A DNA stretch of 64,000 bases from a virus (IMGVR_UViG_3300044816_000082:26881-90880); one strand, 5' to 3'; positions 1 through 9,937 are shown, counted from the first letter of the stretch. Translations and numbers: made by a program. The notes: generated from the letters alone by a model not told the origin.

Positions 1-123
1 ACAAGCCTGTTCGACGGGGACATCGTGGAGCAGGCTCTCGAGACGATGGACGATCTGCTCCCGCAGGGCATCGGGGTCGTGTGGAGCGTCCTCGAGGTCG
101 CGAACCGGGGGCGTGACTCGTGA
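1..123 (+). CDS. 3' end of a hypothetical protein truncated by the window edge
   Basis: Open frame 1 to TGA at 121-123, GTGA overlap with the next gene. Confidence 0.6.
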   Translation, partial: TSLFDGDIVEQALETMDDLLPQGIGVVWSVLEVANRGRDS

Positions 124-683
124 CCCCCGATGCGTTGCGCTGGGCCGCGCTCGGGCAGGCACTCGCGCGGCGCCTGGACCTGACGAACACCCTCAAGGCA
201 GCGACGTGGTGGCCGCACCCGGGCGGGTTCAGCGACGGCGACGCGATCCTGGGTGTTGGGGACCTGCAGAGCATGTTGAGCTACGACTCCGGGCTGTGGG
301 ACGCCGCCGGGGCCCCGTGGGAGTTCGTCCTGCAATTCGACTTCGCCGGTTACCCACTGGGGGACCAGGAACGGGCGGTCCTGGCGTGGCTGGCCTTGAA
401 CGACCCCGCGTACGGGCACCGTGCCACTGTGGAGGCGCTAGCGCGCGCCTACCGACACCGACCTATGCACCCGACGGGATTCGGCGTCACAGAGGCGTGC
501 TCAGCCTGTTTGGGGGGTGTTGGGGTCGGTGACCCGGGGGAGGAACGGGCGTGCGGGTGCTGGGGGTTGAGCCAACCGGTCTGCGGGACGTGCGTTGATC
601 CGGCGAGCCACCGGCACCTCACCCTCGCGGAGTGGCCCTGCGAGGACGCCCGGGCGCTGGTCCGGATCCACACCCCGGGATGA
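120..683 (+). CDS. hypothetical protein with Cys-rich C-terminus
   Basis: 187 aa, 4-nt overlaps at both ends, CxxC pairs. Confidence 0.7.
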   Translation: MTPDALRWAALGQALARRLDLTNTLKAATWWPHPGGFSDGDAILGVGDLQSMLSYDSGLWDAAGAPWEFVLQFDFAGYPLGDQERAVLAWLALNDPAYGHRATVEALARAYRHRPMHPTGFGVTEACSACLGGVGVGDPGEERACGCWGLSQPVCGTCVDPASHRHLTLAEWPCEDARALVRIHTPG

Positions 684-1276
684 ACGCCTCCGAGGTACTC
701 CAAGCGCTACTCACCCGGCACGAGCCGCCTCGGTGGGCTGCCTTTCCAGAGATGCGCATGGGGAAGATCGACACGCTGCGAGGGATCGACAGCCAACGCT
801 GCGACCTGTGGACTGTTGACCTGTGGCCGAGTTCCCTCGAGCGGATCGCATACGAGATCAAGGTCAGCCGTGCGGACTACGTCCACGAACTCAAGCACCC
901 TGAGAAGCGTCGGCTCGCCATGCTCATCAGCAACAGGTACTGCTTCGCTGTCCCGGCCGGCCTGATCCGACACAACGAGGTCCCCCTCGACTGCGGATTG
1001 GTCGAGGTCCACCCGAACGGGATCCGTGAGGTCGTCAGCGCACCCTGGCGTGACATCCCCCCACCGACCGCACGTTTCATCGCAGAGCTCGCTCGGCGCG
1101 CGATCGCCCCGGAGCAGCTCAGAGCCGCGGAGGTCCGACGTCGGGTCAGCATGCTCGAGGACACCGAACGTCGTCTCAAGATCGAGATCGGCCGGCAACG
1201 CGCTGCTCTCAGCGGCGCGCTGAGCACACCCGGGCAGGTCGCTGCTGCTCGGGCTCTGTCCCACATCGACCCGTAG
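680..1276 (+). CDS. MmcB-like PD-(D/E)XK nuclease-fold protein
   Basis: RCDLW...AYEIKVSRADY...KRR...YCFAVPAGLI...GLVEV; ATG at 680 overlaps upstream TGA. Confidence 0.7.
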   Translation: MNASEVLQALLTRHEPPRWAAFPEMRMGKIDTLRGIDSQRCDLWTVDLWPSSLERIAYEIKVSRADYVHELKHPEKRRLAMLISNRYCFAVPAGLIRHNEVPLDCGLVEVHPNGIREVVSAPWRDIPPPTARFIAELARRAIAPEQLRAAEVRRRVSMLEDTERRLKIEIGRQRAALSGALSTPGQVAAARALSHIDP

Positions 1277-1285
1277 GAGCTCCGC

Positions 1286-1945
1286 GTGGAGTACACCGTC
1301 CGTCCCCACACCCCCCCGTGGCCGCAGCGCTACGCGCCGCGGCAGGGTGCCTCCACGTTCCGTGCGTCGTGGAGCGACACCCTCCGGTTGCTCAGCTCCG
1401 AGATATGGACGCTTGACGGACGACAGGTCATCACCCAACTCGACGTCAAGGCCGATGACGTCCAGCAGGACGGGACGCTCCGCGCCGATGCCCGCGTCGG
1501 TCACCCCGGGGTGAGGATCTCGTTCCGCACCCCAGCGGCGCCCCTGATGTTCGCGACCGATGAGTACCCCGATTGGCAGATGAACGTCCGCGCGATCGCC
1601 CTCACCCTCAAAGCGCTCCGCGCCGTCGACAGGTACGGCATCATCCCCGAGGCGGCGCAGTACGCCGGGTTCCGGGCGAGCCCGACCGGAACAGGTGTGG
1701 ACGAGTCACCGATGTGGACGTCAGCGGAGGCTGCCGCGCGTCACCTGGCCGACCTCGCGAACCGAGCTGGACTGTCAGTGACCAGCGAGATGCTCCTTGA
1801 CAGCCCCGCGCAGCTACGCCGGGCATGGCTGGTCGTGGCGAAGACCGTGCATCCTGACGTTGGAGGGATGACCTTGGACTTCCAGAACGCTGAGGCAGCG
1901 CAGCGCAGGGTCGACGCCGACCAGCGATCGAGGGGGGTGACATGA
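1286..1945 (+). CDS. phage DnaJ-like protein with C-terminal J-domain-like HPD motif
   Basis: WQMNVRAIALTLKALRAVDRYG and KTVHPDVGG; SD AGGAG. Confidence 0.75.
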   Translation: MEYTVRPHTPPWPQRYAPRQGASTFRASWSDTLRLLSSEIWTLDGRQVITQLDVKADDVQQDGTLRADARVGHPGVRISFRTPAAPLMFATDEYPDWQMNVRAIALTLKALRAVDRYGIIPEAAQYAGFRASPTGTGVDESPMWTSAEAAARHLADLANRAGLSVTSEMLLDSPAQLRRAWLVVAKTVHPDVGGMTLDFQNAEAAQRRVDADQRSRGVT

Positions 1946-2379
1946 CCTACCCCGACCCGAACAGGTTCCGGGGTCGCCTCAAGGACTACCTCGCCTGGGC
2001 CGCCGACGGGTTCCGACCGACGCCGCTCTGGTGCGTGAAGCACTGGGTTCCGTGTCCCGTCGAGGGGAAACCGGGGCTGCTCGTCACGATCATCTTGCAG
2101 ACCGAGTTGATGAGCCAGATGCCCGCCGACGTCGGGGACGCGACCGGGATGAACTCGTGGCAGGCGAACCGGGTCACCCCGCTGTGCTGCGAACTCGGAG
2201 ACGAGCTCATGGCGTGGCTGTGGGAGGAGGTCGACGCACCGCACTGCGGTGTCCGACCTCCCGCCGGCCACCGATGGCAGCACGGCCGGGTCTGCTGGTA
2301 CCGCCCCGGACATCTGTTCGGCCACGAATGGGACAACCCCGGATCGATCTTCGCCCTGCGCCCTGGTGGGGCCGGCTAG
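1942..2379 (+). CDS. hypothetical protein
   Basis: ATGA-coupled, 145 aa. Confidence 0.6.
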   Translation: MTYPDPNRFRGRLKDYLAWAADGFRPTPLWCVKHWVPCPVEGKPGLLVTIILQTELMSQMPADVGDATGMNSWQANRVTPLCCELGDELMAWLWEEVDAPHCGVRPPAGHRWQHGRVCWYRPGHLFGHEWDNPGSIFALRPGGAG

Positions 2380-2387
2380 TGGCGGGC

Positions 2388-2627
2388 ATGGCCGCGGTCG
2401 CGTGCCGATCATGCCGGGCACGGATTGTGTGGGCTGTCACGGTGAACGGAAAGAGCATGCCTGTCGACTACGAACCCAACCCCGACGGCAACGTGATCCT
2501 CGACGCTTCGACGTCTGGTCCGCCCGTCGCGATCGTCAGGAGCGCCCCCGCTGAGCCTGGGGAGATCCGTCGGATGTCACATTTCGCAACTTGCCCGCGG
2601 GCCGGGTTGCACCGCAGGTCGCGGTGA
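2388..2627 (+). CDS. small Zn-binding phage protein
   Basis: CRSC...IVW...GKSMPVD..P..DGNV...SHFATCP pattern. Confidence 0.7.
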   Translation: MAAVACRSCRARIVWAVTVNGKSMPVDYEPNPDGNVILDASTSGPPVAIVRSAPAEPGEIRRMSHFATCPRAGLHRRSR

Positions 2628-2797
2628 GACGTGGAGGTTGCGCCAGAACGGGCGTAACGTCCCTGCGGGCAAAAGGGAGGGCCGGTCCGCTGACGACGGA
2701 CCGGCCCAAAGCTCCCCACCCGTCACCCAACGGAGGAACCGGCCTTGAGCGTACCCGCCGACAGAACGCACGGACCGACTGAGCTCCGAGCGATTCG

Positions 2798-3577
2798 GTG
2801 AGCCTCCGCGCGACCCTGTGGGCTCTCGACGACGCACCGACTGACGACCCCGCGGAGGTGGTCGTCCTGCTCGCTCTAGCCGACGACGCGGACACTGAGG
2901 GCCGAAACGCGTGGCCTTCACAGGTCCGCCTCGCGTCCCGATCTCGCTGCAGCCTGAGGACCGTGCAGCGTCGCCTCGTGGCGCTCGAGGACCGTGGCCT
3001 CATCGTCCGAAGCGAGACGACTGACTCCCGGTACCAGTCACTCCCTGTGAGGAAACGGCCCGTCTGCTACGAGCTCTCACTGCACTTGACACGTCAGCCT
3101 GACGCGTCAGGGGAGACCGCCGACCCCTCGTCTGACACGACAGATTCCGCATTTTTGACACGACAGTCAGTGGCGGACAACCCGAAGACCAACCCGTACG
3201 TTCAAGAGCAACCCGTTAGGGCCGCGAAACGCGGCACAAGAATCGCGGATCCCTTCACGCTCACCGACGGTGACATCGCCTTCGCTCGAGAGCGTCGTGT
3301 TGTGACGAGCCGCCTCGAGCTCGAAGTGATGCGTGAGGCATTCGTGGCGCACCACGCCGCGAAGGGCACGGTCAGCAAAGACTGGCGGGCGTCATGGCGA
3401 ACCTGGGTGCTGAACGCGGTGAAGTTCGGGGGCGGATCGGGTACGGTGCGCCGAGCGGTTGTGGGTGCGAACTCGCAGCACGAGGGACCGAGCAGGGCAA
3501 TGACCGGAGCCGAGTGGCTCGCAGAAGGCACGGCCGGGGTAGCTCCCGGGCCGGTACAGGAAGGGCTACCGCTGTGA
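2798..3577 (+). CDS. HTH replication initiator / replisome organiser
   Basis: LLALADDA...AWPSQVRLA..SRCSLRTVQRRL..LEDRGLI wHTH; C-terminal KDWRASWRTW; directly upstream of the ATPase. Confidence 0.75.
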   Translation: MSLRATLWALDDAPTDDPAEVVVLLALADDADTEGRNAWPSQVRLASRSRCSLRTVQRRLVALEDRGLIVRSETTDSRYQSLPVRKRPVCYELSLHLTRQPDASGETADPSSDTTDSAFLTRQSVADNPKTNPYVQEQPVRAAKRGTRIADPFTLTDGDIAFARERRVVTSRLELEVMREAFVAHHAAKGTVSKDWRASWRTWVLNAVKFGGGSGTVRRAVVGANSQHEGPSRAMTGAEWLAEGTAGVAPGPVQEGLPL

Positions 3578-4272
3578 GCAGCGAACCAACGTTGGTGGGC
3601 GAGAGCACCCCGGTTTGGCAGGACAGGATCCCGCCGGAGGTACGGGATCGGCTCGATGATGCTGGGTGGGATCAGGTGATGGTCGACGAGGGTCCGGCGG
3701 CGATCGCCGCAGAGGTTCGGGCCGTGCAGGAGCGGGCGCGTCGAGCGTGGTGGGAGCAGGCCGTCCCGGTCGACTTCCGGGCCGCGACCCTCGAGGCCGT
3801 GGGGATGCTCGGGGAGGGGCAGGCTGAGGCGATCCAGCGGTGGTTGCCGGGGACGACTCCGAACCTGCTGATCGTCGGTCAGACCGGGACGGGTAAGACC
3901 TACGCGGGGTATGCGGTGCTGCGGGAGGCTGCGCGCCTGGGGCAGTGGACGTGGGCATCAACTGCGTTCGAGCACGTCCGTAACAGCGGGTTCAGCGACG
4001 GCGACCCGAAGCTCGTGGAGAGGTCCTGCCGTGCTGACGTGCTGCTGCTCGACGACTTGGGGGCTGAGCGGACAACGGACTTCGCGGTGGAGTCGCTCGC
4101 GGCGCTGGTCGATGAGCGGCGGCGGGAGCACCGCCGTACGATCTTCACGACGAACCTCGGTCGGTCTGAGCTTGTGAAGCGGTACGACGACCGGATTGTG
4201 TCGCGGATCGCTGGCGGGGCATCGGTCGTGTTGCTGAACGGGACCGACCGCCGGTTCACGCAGTCGTGGTAG
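3574..4272 (+). CDS. DnaC/IstB-like AAA+ helicase loader
   Basis: Walker A GQTGTGKT, Walker B LLLDDLGAE, TIFTTNL, DRIVSRI. Confidence 0.9.
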   Translation: MSSEPTLVGESTPVWQDRIPPEVRDRLDDAGWDQVMVDEGPAAIAAEVRAVQERARRAWWEQAVPVDFRAATLEAVGMLGEGQAEAIQRWLPGTTPNLLIVGQTGTGKTYAGYAVLREAARLGQWTWASTAFEHVRNSGFSDGDPKLVERSCRADVLLLDDLGAERTTDFAVESLAALVDERRREHRRTIFTTNLGRSELVKRYDDRIVSRIAGGASVVLLNGTDRRFTQSW

Positions 4273-4396
4273 CCGACGCGCCGGGGCACCCGACGGTCGA
4301 GGCGCGGTTGTTCCGCGTGTCCTTGTCGGTGTGGGCCGCGATGATCGTGGCTGCGGTGACCTGGCGGGGTTGCCGGCGGACCCGAAGGACCCGACT

Positions 4397-6292
4397 GTGA
4401 CCAGCGCTGAGCTCGCCCCTGGTCCGCCTGTCGACGGTTGGGAGTTGCTCGCGCAGACCTACACAGGCGACCTGCGGATCCCGACGTTGGACAGCCCGAC
4501 CGTCGTGAGCCTGTTCTCGGGCGTCGGCGGGCTCGACGCTGGATTCGAGATGGCCGGGTACCGCGTCGCGGTGCAGGTCGAGAAGGACAAGAACTGCCAG
4601 ACCGTGCTGGGAGCACGGTTCCCCGATAGCCGAATCTTCGGTGACGTCACGGAGGTGTCCGTTGAGCAAGTCCTCGAGGCTTTGGGAGGACGACGACCCC
4701 ACATTCTCATCGGGGGGTTCCCCTGCACAGACCTCTCTGTGGCCGGGGGCCGTGCTGGACTGGCTGGCACACGGTCCGGTCTCTACGGCGAGCTTATTCG
4801 GCTTGCTGATGGCCTCCTGCCCGAGTGGGTGGTGGTCGAGAACGTCCCCGGGCTGCTCTCTGCCGACATCGATCCCGAAGCCAACGACGGCGCCGGATGG
4901 GGACCAGGAACCGCCATGGGACTTGTTCTCGGAGACCTCACCGGGTACCGCCCCCCCATCCCCGACGGTGGCTGGCGCAACAGCGGAGTGTGTGTGGGAC
5001 CCCTCAGATCCGTCGCTTGGCGCGTCCTTGACGCTCGACACTTCGGAGTCGCCCAGCGTCGCCGCCGGGTGTTCCTTGTCGCGCACGTTGGAGACGGGAC
5101 CGCACCTGCTGAGGTACTCCTTGAGCCCGAGGTCATGCGCGGGGATCCTCCGCAGGGCGTCGCGCCGCGGCCGCGCGCTTCCCGCCCAGTTGCACCGGCC
5201 GCTGTACGCGCAGGCGTCGGAACTGCTGACGGAGCAGGAGAGGGTGACGCTGGCCCCGCCCGGCCCTTGATGACCGCGGAGCAGGGCATCGTGAGCGCCC
5301 TAACGTCGAGCTTGGGTGAGGGTGGGCCGGACGCCGCGCATGCCCACGCGGGATGGTTCGTGGAGGTCGAGGAGCAGGACGTGACGAGCAGCCTGCTCGC
5401 GAGCGCCGGGGCAGGCCGTATCCGCACTGAGGAAGCCGCCGGCGGGCAACTCGTGCCGCTCGATGAGGGAGCTGGGTTCACCCTCGAGTACCTCGCAGGG
5501 AGCTGCCCTACCCAAGCGTGGGGATGGCTGCCTGACAGCAGCCCGTTCTACTTCCGCGCTCGACACGGCCGGTGGACGATCGAGGTCGGCAACATCGGTT
5601 GGCCGCTGCTGTACGACCAGTGGCCCGAGGACCCTGAGGTGCTCACGAGCGGCGAGGACCCGACCCACGGGCACATGTCCGCTCAGGACGTGCGCCGTAT
5701 CCTGAGCGAGACGTTCGCCGTCGGGGACACCCGAGCGACCGAGCTCGTCGTGGAGGCCGTGGACTTACGGAACGGCGGTCTGTCGACGGAGGTGACCAGC
5801 ACCCTGCAATCACATGGCCGGTCCTACTCGCTGAACGCACAACCGACGATCCTCGAGCACGTCCCGGACGTGACCGCGACGGTCACCGCCAAATGGGCCA
5901 AGGGCAGTGGGGGGCCGGCCGGCGATGAGGCGCAGAACCTCGTCGCGACCGACCCGGAGACGTACAACCCTGTCCCGATCGACCTCAAGGCTGCGACCAA
6001 GACCGACCACCGGACCGGCGTCGGGACCGTCGGCGCTGGTTTCGGTGACCCCGGAGACCCCATCGGCACCCTCACGACCGGCTCCACGCAGGGCGTCAGC
6101 GGTCCCCGTGTGCGACGCCTGACCCCCACGGAATGCGAGCGGCTGATGGGAATGCCGGACGGATGGTGCAACCCCGACGGGAAGACCTCTGACAGCGCGG
6201 TCTACCGCGCGTGTGGGAACGCTGTCGTGATGGCGGTCAGCGCATGGGTCGCGTGGCGCTTGGCTGCCTACGACGCCGGGTGGCGTCCCTGA
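4397..6292 (+). CDS. C5-cytosine DNA methyltransferase with long variable region
   Basis: SLFSGVGG (I), GGFPC (IV), ENVPG (VI), QRRRRVF (VIII), RRLTPTECERLMG (IX), GNAV (X); SD GAAGGA before GTG 4397. Confidence 0.93.
   Translation: MTSAELAPGPPVDGWELLAQTYTGDLRIPTLDSPTVVSLFSGVGGLDAGFEMAGYRVAVQVEKDKNCQTVLGARFPDSRIFGDVTEVSVEQVLEALGGRRPHILIGGFPCTDLSVAGGRAGLAGTRSGLYGELIRLADGLLPEWVVVENVPGLLSADIDPEANDGAGWGPGTAMGLVLGDLTGYRPPIPDGGWRNSGVCVGPLRSVAWRVLDARHFGVAQRRRRVFLVAHVGDGTAPAEVLLEPEVMRGDPPQGVAPRPRASRPVAPAAVRAGVGTADGAGEGDAGPARPLMTAEQGIVSALTSSLGEGGPDAAHAHAGWFVEVEEQDVTSSLLASAGAGRIRTEEAAGGQLVPLDEGAGFTLEYLAGSCPTQAWGWLPDSSPFYFRARHGRWTIEVGNIGWPLLYDQWPEDPEVLTSGEDPTHGHMSAQDVRRILSETFAVGDTRATELVVEAVDLRNGGLSTEVTSTLQSHGRSYSLNAQPTILEHVPDVTATVTAKWAKGSGGPAGDEAQNLVATDPETYNPVPIDLKAATKTDHRTGVGTVGAGFGDPGDPIGTLTTGSTQGVSGPRVRRLTPTECERLMGMPDGWCNPDGKTSDSAVYRACGNAVVMAVSAWVAWRLAAYDAGWRP
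4809..5270 (+). CDS. alternate-frame ORF nested in the C5 MTase (EcoHK31I beta-subunit-like)
   Basis: +1 frame encodes TLDTSESPSVAAGCSLSRTLETG...YSLSPRSCAGILRRASRRGRALP; start codon uncertain. Confidence 0.55.
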   Translation: MASCPSGWWSRTSPGCSLPTSIPKPTTAPDGDQEPPWDLFSETSPGTAPPSPTVAGATAECVWDPSDPSLGASLTLDTSESPSVAAGCSLSRTLETGPHLLRYSLSPRSCAGILRRASRRGRALPAQLHRPLYAQASELLTEQERVTLAPPGP

Positions 6293-6747
6293 TGGCCGGC
6301 GAGCGGGACCCGGATCTGCTCCGGATGCTCACCGTCCAACAGCCCCACGCCTACGCCCTCGCGGTCGGCCTGAAACCGGTCGAGAACAGGACGACCCGAA
6401 CGCGGCACCGGGGTCCGGTCGGGATCCACGCCGGGTTGCTGTGGAGCGTCCGCGGCCACCCCGATGCCCGCCTCGCGACCTTGGAGCACGCCCGTGCGGG
6501 AGGGCTGACGACGCTGTCGCGGGGGAGCCGTCCCGGTCCTGGGTGGGCGCGCGGGGCGGTGATCGCGGTCGCGCAGATCACCGGGTGCCACCTGGACGTC
6601 GGGTGCTGCCGACCGTGGGGTGAGGAAGGCACTTGGCATTGGGAGGTCGAGACCCCCCGGTTGCTGAGCGCCCCCGTCCCAGCTCGCGGTCAACTCGGCC
6701 TGTGGCAGGCATCGAAGGCGCTGCGCGACGCGGTGTCCGCGGCATGA
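6292..6747 (+). CDS. ASCH domain protein
   Basis: LTVQQPHAYALAVGLKPVENRT...IHAG...PVPARGQLGLW. Confidence 0.85.
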   Translation: MAGERDPDLLRMLTVQQPHAYALAVGLKPVENRTTRTRHRGPVGIHAGLLWSVRGHPDARLATLEHARAGGLTTLSRGSRPGPGWARGAVIAVAQITGCHLDVGCCRPWGEEGTWHWEVETPRLLSAPVPARGQLGLWQASKALRDAVSAA

Positions 6748-6959
6748 GCGAGGCACGGTGTGAACGCACCGAGCTCCTTGTCAGCGCCTGCGGGCATTGC
6801 CGCAGCGCGGCGGATCCCCGGGTCCCGGTCATGACCGTGATCGCCGCGAACTACAACGGGCACTGCGCCGCGTGCGACGAGCTCGTGGAGGCCGGCGACG
6901 CGATCGGGCACAGCACGGATGGGTGGGTCGGTATGCGGTGCTGCGGGATTAGGGCATGA
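6744..6959 (+). CDS. small Zn-finger protein
   Basis: CGHC and CAAC motifs, coupled at both ends. Confidence 0.6.
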   Translation: MSEARCERTELLVSACGHCRSAADPRVPVMTVIAANYNGHCAACDELVEAGDAIGHSTDGWVGMRCCGIRA

Positions 6960-8128
6960 CCGCGCATGTGCTCCGCGCGGATGCCCGGGCGTTGCCGCTC
7001 CCCAACGACAGCGTCGACGCTGTCGTGACGTCCCCGCCGTTCTTCTCGCTCCGTTCCTACCAGGACGGCGGGGAGCACTACGCCGGACAGATCGGGGATG
7101 AGGCCGACCCGGAGCTGTTCGTCGAGGCGCTGCTCGACGTGACCCGCGAATGCATGCGGGTCCTCAAACCGACCGGGTCGTTGTGGCTGAACCTCGGAGA
7201 CAAGTACGCAGAGCGGGCCGGTCCTGCCCGGGCGGGCGGCGTCGACGATGACCCGGCCGGGCCGCGTCGCCCCGCGAACCGGCCACCTCGGGGACGGCGG
7301 GGCAGTATCCGGGCGAAGTCCCTGATGGGCATTCCGTGGCGGTACGCCCTCGGGTGCATCGATGAACTCGGCCTGATCCTGCGCGCCGAGGTCGTGTGGC
7401 AGAAACCGAACGGCCTCCCGGAGTCCGTCACGGACCGAGTCCGGCGCTCGCACGAGACGTGGTTCCATCTTGTCCAGCAGCCCCGGTACTACAGCGCCGT
7501 CGACGAGCTCCGCCAGCCTCACCAAGCGTCGACAATGAGCCGAGCGCGGCATGCGACGGACAAGGCGATGAGTGGGCGCATGCACGGATCACCCGGGGAG
7601 AAGCGTGACCACGCGAATGCGTGGACGCCGTCCCCCCTCGGGGCGCTCCCCGGATCGGTGTGGACGGTCCCGACGTCGCCGCTCGATGTCCCCGACCACC
7701 TCGGGGTTGACCACTACGCCGCGTTCCCCCCCGAATGGCCCAAACGGTTGATCACCGGCTGGTCACCGCCGGGGATCTGCGTGCGCTGCGGGGCCGGGCG
7801 CCGCCCGGTAGCGGCCGTTGCTGTCCGGGAACCGAACGATCAGCCGGGCCGGACGATCCTCGGGTACGCCTGCGACTGCCCGACCCCTGACGCCCCGACC
7901 CGCCCCGCGGTGATCTTGGACCCGTTCGGGGGGACCGGCACGACCGCGATGGTCGCGTCGTGCCTGGGCCGGGTTGGGATCAGCGTCGACCTGAGCCACG
8001 ACTACAACCGCGTCGCCCGATGGCGCACAGGTGATCCGCGGCAACGCGCCCGGGTCCTTGAACTCCCCCCGCCAGCCGAACAGGCTGACGGCCAAACCAG
8101 CCTGTTCGACACCGTGGAGGACCTGTGA
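6956..8128 (+). CDS. beta-class amino (N4-C/N6-A) DNA methyltransferase
   Basis: TSPPF catalytic motif precedes ILDPFGGTGTT SAM motif; HYAAFP. Confidence 0.92.
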   Translation: MTAHVLRADARALPLPNDSVDAVVTSPPFFSLRSYQDGGEHYAGQIGDEADPELFVEALLDVTRECMRVLKPTGSLWLNLGDKYAERAGPARAGGVDDDPAGPRRPANRPPRGRRGSIRAKSLMGIPWRYALGCIDELGLILRAEVVWQKPNGLPESVTDRVRRSHETWFHLVQQPRYYSAVDELRQPHQASTMSRARHATDKAMSGRMHGSPGEKRDHANAWTPSPLGALPGSVWTVPTSPLDVPDHLGVDHYAAFPPEWPKRLITGWSPPGICVRCGAGRRPVAAVAVREPNDQPGRTILGYACDCPTPDAPTRPAVILDPFGGTGTTAMVASCLGRVGISVDLSHDYNRVARWRTGDPRQRARVLELPPPAEQADGQTSLFDTVEDL

Positions 8129-8508
8129 CCGTGACGAAGCCCGACTACACCGACCCGCTCATGGACGCGATCGGGTCCGCCGATTGCCACTGCGAGCCCG
8201 GCGACGGGACCTGCGCTGACTGGCCCAACCTGCTCGAGCGGCACCGGGCGATCGGTGAGGCCGTCCGCACCCGGATCCTCGCCGCGCCCCGCGTCGTCGC
8301 GACCTTGGTCGGTGACAACGCCGGCGTAGGCGACGGCGGGTACCGCGTCATCGGGGAGCTCATCACCCCTGACGACCCCGAAGCGACCGGCGTGTTCGTC
8401 CTCGCGAAGGGCACCGTCTACCGACTCAAGGCCGACGCCGGGTATGTCGTGAGTGTCCGGCCCGCTCCCGCAGGTGCCGAGGACGTCGCCCCGAGCGTGC
8501 CCGCATGA
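8125..8508 (+). CDS. hypothetical protein
   Basis: GTGA-coupled. Confidence 0.6.
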   Translation: MTVTKPDYTDPLMDAIGSADCHCEPGDGTCADWPNLLERHRAIGEAVRTRILAAPRVVATLVGDNAGVGDGGYRVIGELITPDDPEATGVFVLAKGTVYRLKADAGYVVSVRPAPAGAEDVAPSVPA

Positions 8509-9002
8509 CCGACCTGCTCCGTCCCGGGATCCCCGGTTTCCTGGCTCACCTCGACGTGTGGAACGGGCACCCGGTCGCCTGGTCTCAGTCCAGGGACGCG
8601 GACGGGAAACCGATGCTGTACCTCGACCCCCAGCGCCGGGACACCTGCTGGGCCGAACGTAGGTGCGGCGTCTGCTACCTCGACCTCGACTACAGACTGG
8701 GGTTCCTCGTCCAAGCACCCACCGACGAGCGTGCCCGCGCGGCCCGCTGGCACCTCCAAGCAGGGGTCCACCCACGCTGCGCGCCCTACGCCGGCCTCGA
8801 CGCCCACCCCGGCATGACCGTCTACGTGTGCATCACCCGTGGGTACAAGGTCCGGATGTGGACCGACCCCACCGACCGTGGACGCCCCGCGATCCGCAAA
8901 GCACACGCCGCGCCCTACACAAGCCTGGAGCGGCTCCCCGTCCCCACCGCAGTCCGACCCGACGGGACCCGCCGCACCCCAAGCGGGCTGGTCGTACCGT
9001 GA
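8505..9002 (+). CDS. hypothetical Zn-binding protein
   Basis: RRCGVC...HPRCA. Confidence 0.65.
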   Translation: MTDLLRPGIPGFLAHLDVWNGHPVAWSQSRDADGKPMLYLDPQRRDTCWAERRCGVCYLDLDYRLGFLVQAPTDERARAARWHLQAGVHPRCAPYAGLDAHPGMTVYVCITRGYKVRMWTDPTDRGRPAIRKAHAAPYTSLERLPVPTAVRPDGTRRTPSGLVVP

Positions 9003-9199
9003 CCCGCCCCGAACAGTTCGGGATCGCCCTGTGCAAGGAGTGCAAGCAGTACCCCGGCGAACTCTGGCCCGGTCAGCTCCACGCCTACTGCGACGCGTGT
9101 CGTGACATCCCCCCGATCCGCCGCCGGACCCCACAGACCGTCCTCGACGCCCTCGCCCTCGCTGAGGCAGCCGGACAGCCCATCCCGGGCCGGCGATGA
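8999..9199 (+). CDS. small Zn-finger protein
   Basis: CKEC...CDAC, coupled. Confidence 0.55.
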   Translation: MTRPEQFGIALCKECKQYPGELWPGQLHAYCDACRDIPPIRRRTPQTVLDALALAEAAGQPIPGRR

Positions 9200-9465
9200 T
9201 CCGCACCGCCGGCGGCACCGCGCCCGGCAGCCGACCCCTGCACATCCTCGCCCCCGACCCCGACCACCACGGCCTCGAACGCCCGGTGTGCGGCGCCAAC
9301 GAGTACGCCGTGGTGAGCCTGCGCGCTGACCTTGTCACCCTCGACCGGCGGTGCGCCGCTGACGGGTGTTACCAGGCGTGGCCCGTCACCGACACCGAAC
9401 AAGCCTTCACCGCCGCCCTCACGAGCCCGTGGGGACGCCGCTCAGCAGGAAGGACCACCCCTTGA
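9196..9465 (+). CDS. hypothetical protein
   Basis: Coupled 89-aa ORF. Confidence 0.55.
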   Translation: MIRTAGGTAPGSRPLHILAPDPDHHGLERPVCGANEYAVVSLRADLVTLDRRCAADGCYQAWPVTDTEQAFTAALTSPWGRRSAGRTTP

Positions 9466-9776
9466 TGGATGAAGCCGAGACGCCCCGCTCGCGTTACCAC
9501 CGCAAGACAGGTTTGACGACGAGCCCCGGACTGTTCTTCTGCGACTCCTGCGGTGCCCCCAAACCCGACACCACCCCCGGCCGGGCATGCCCCGACGGGT
9601 GCGGAAGCCGCGTCACAAGCAGCCGCCCCCCAGCGACCGTCAACGCAGCCCTCGCGATCCTCGAGCACAACGGATGGACAATCCGCACCGACTACACCCG
9701 CCGCAGCGCCTCCGAGCCATGGGAGCTCAACCCCTCTACGCTCCCCCAAAGCACCCACATCAGCGAGGAACGATGA
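9465..9776 (+). CDS. Zn-ribbon hypothetical protein
   Basis: TGATG coupling, SD GGAAGGA, CDSC...CPDGCGS. Confidence 0.6.
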   Translation: MDEAETPRSRYHRKTGLTTSPGLFFCDSCGAPKPDTTPGRACPDGCGSRVTSSRPPATVNAALAILEHNGWTIRTDYTRRSASEPWELNPSTLPQSTHISEER

Positions 9777-9937
9777 CGACCTGCACAGCCTGCGACGACC
9801 CCGACTGCTACACCCGCACCACCGACCGCCCCCCAGCCCCCCCACCCCGCCTCGGCCGGAAACGCTGCACCACCTGCGGATACCTCATGGACATCCTCAC
9901 GACCACCACCACCACCCACCCCTGCTGCACCCCATGA
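9773..9937 (+). CDS. small Cys-rich protein
   Basis: ATGA-coupled at both ends. Confidence 0.5.
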   Translation: MTTCTACDDPDCYTRTTDRPPAPPPRLGRKRCTTCGYLMDILTTTTTTHPCCTP

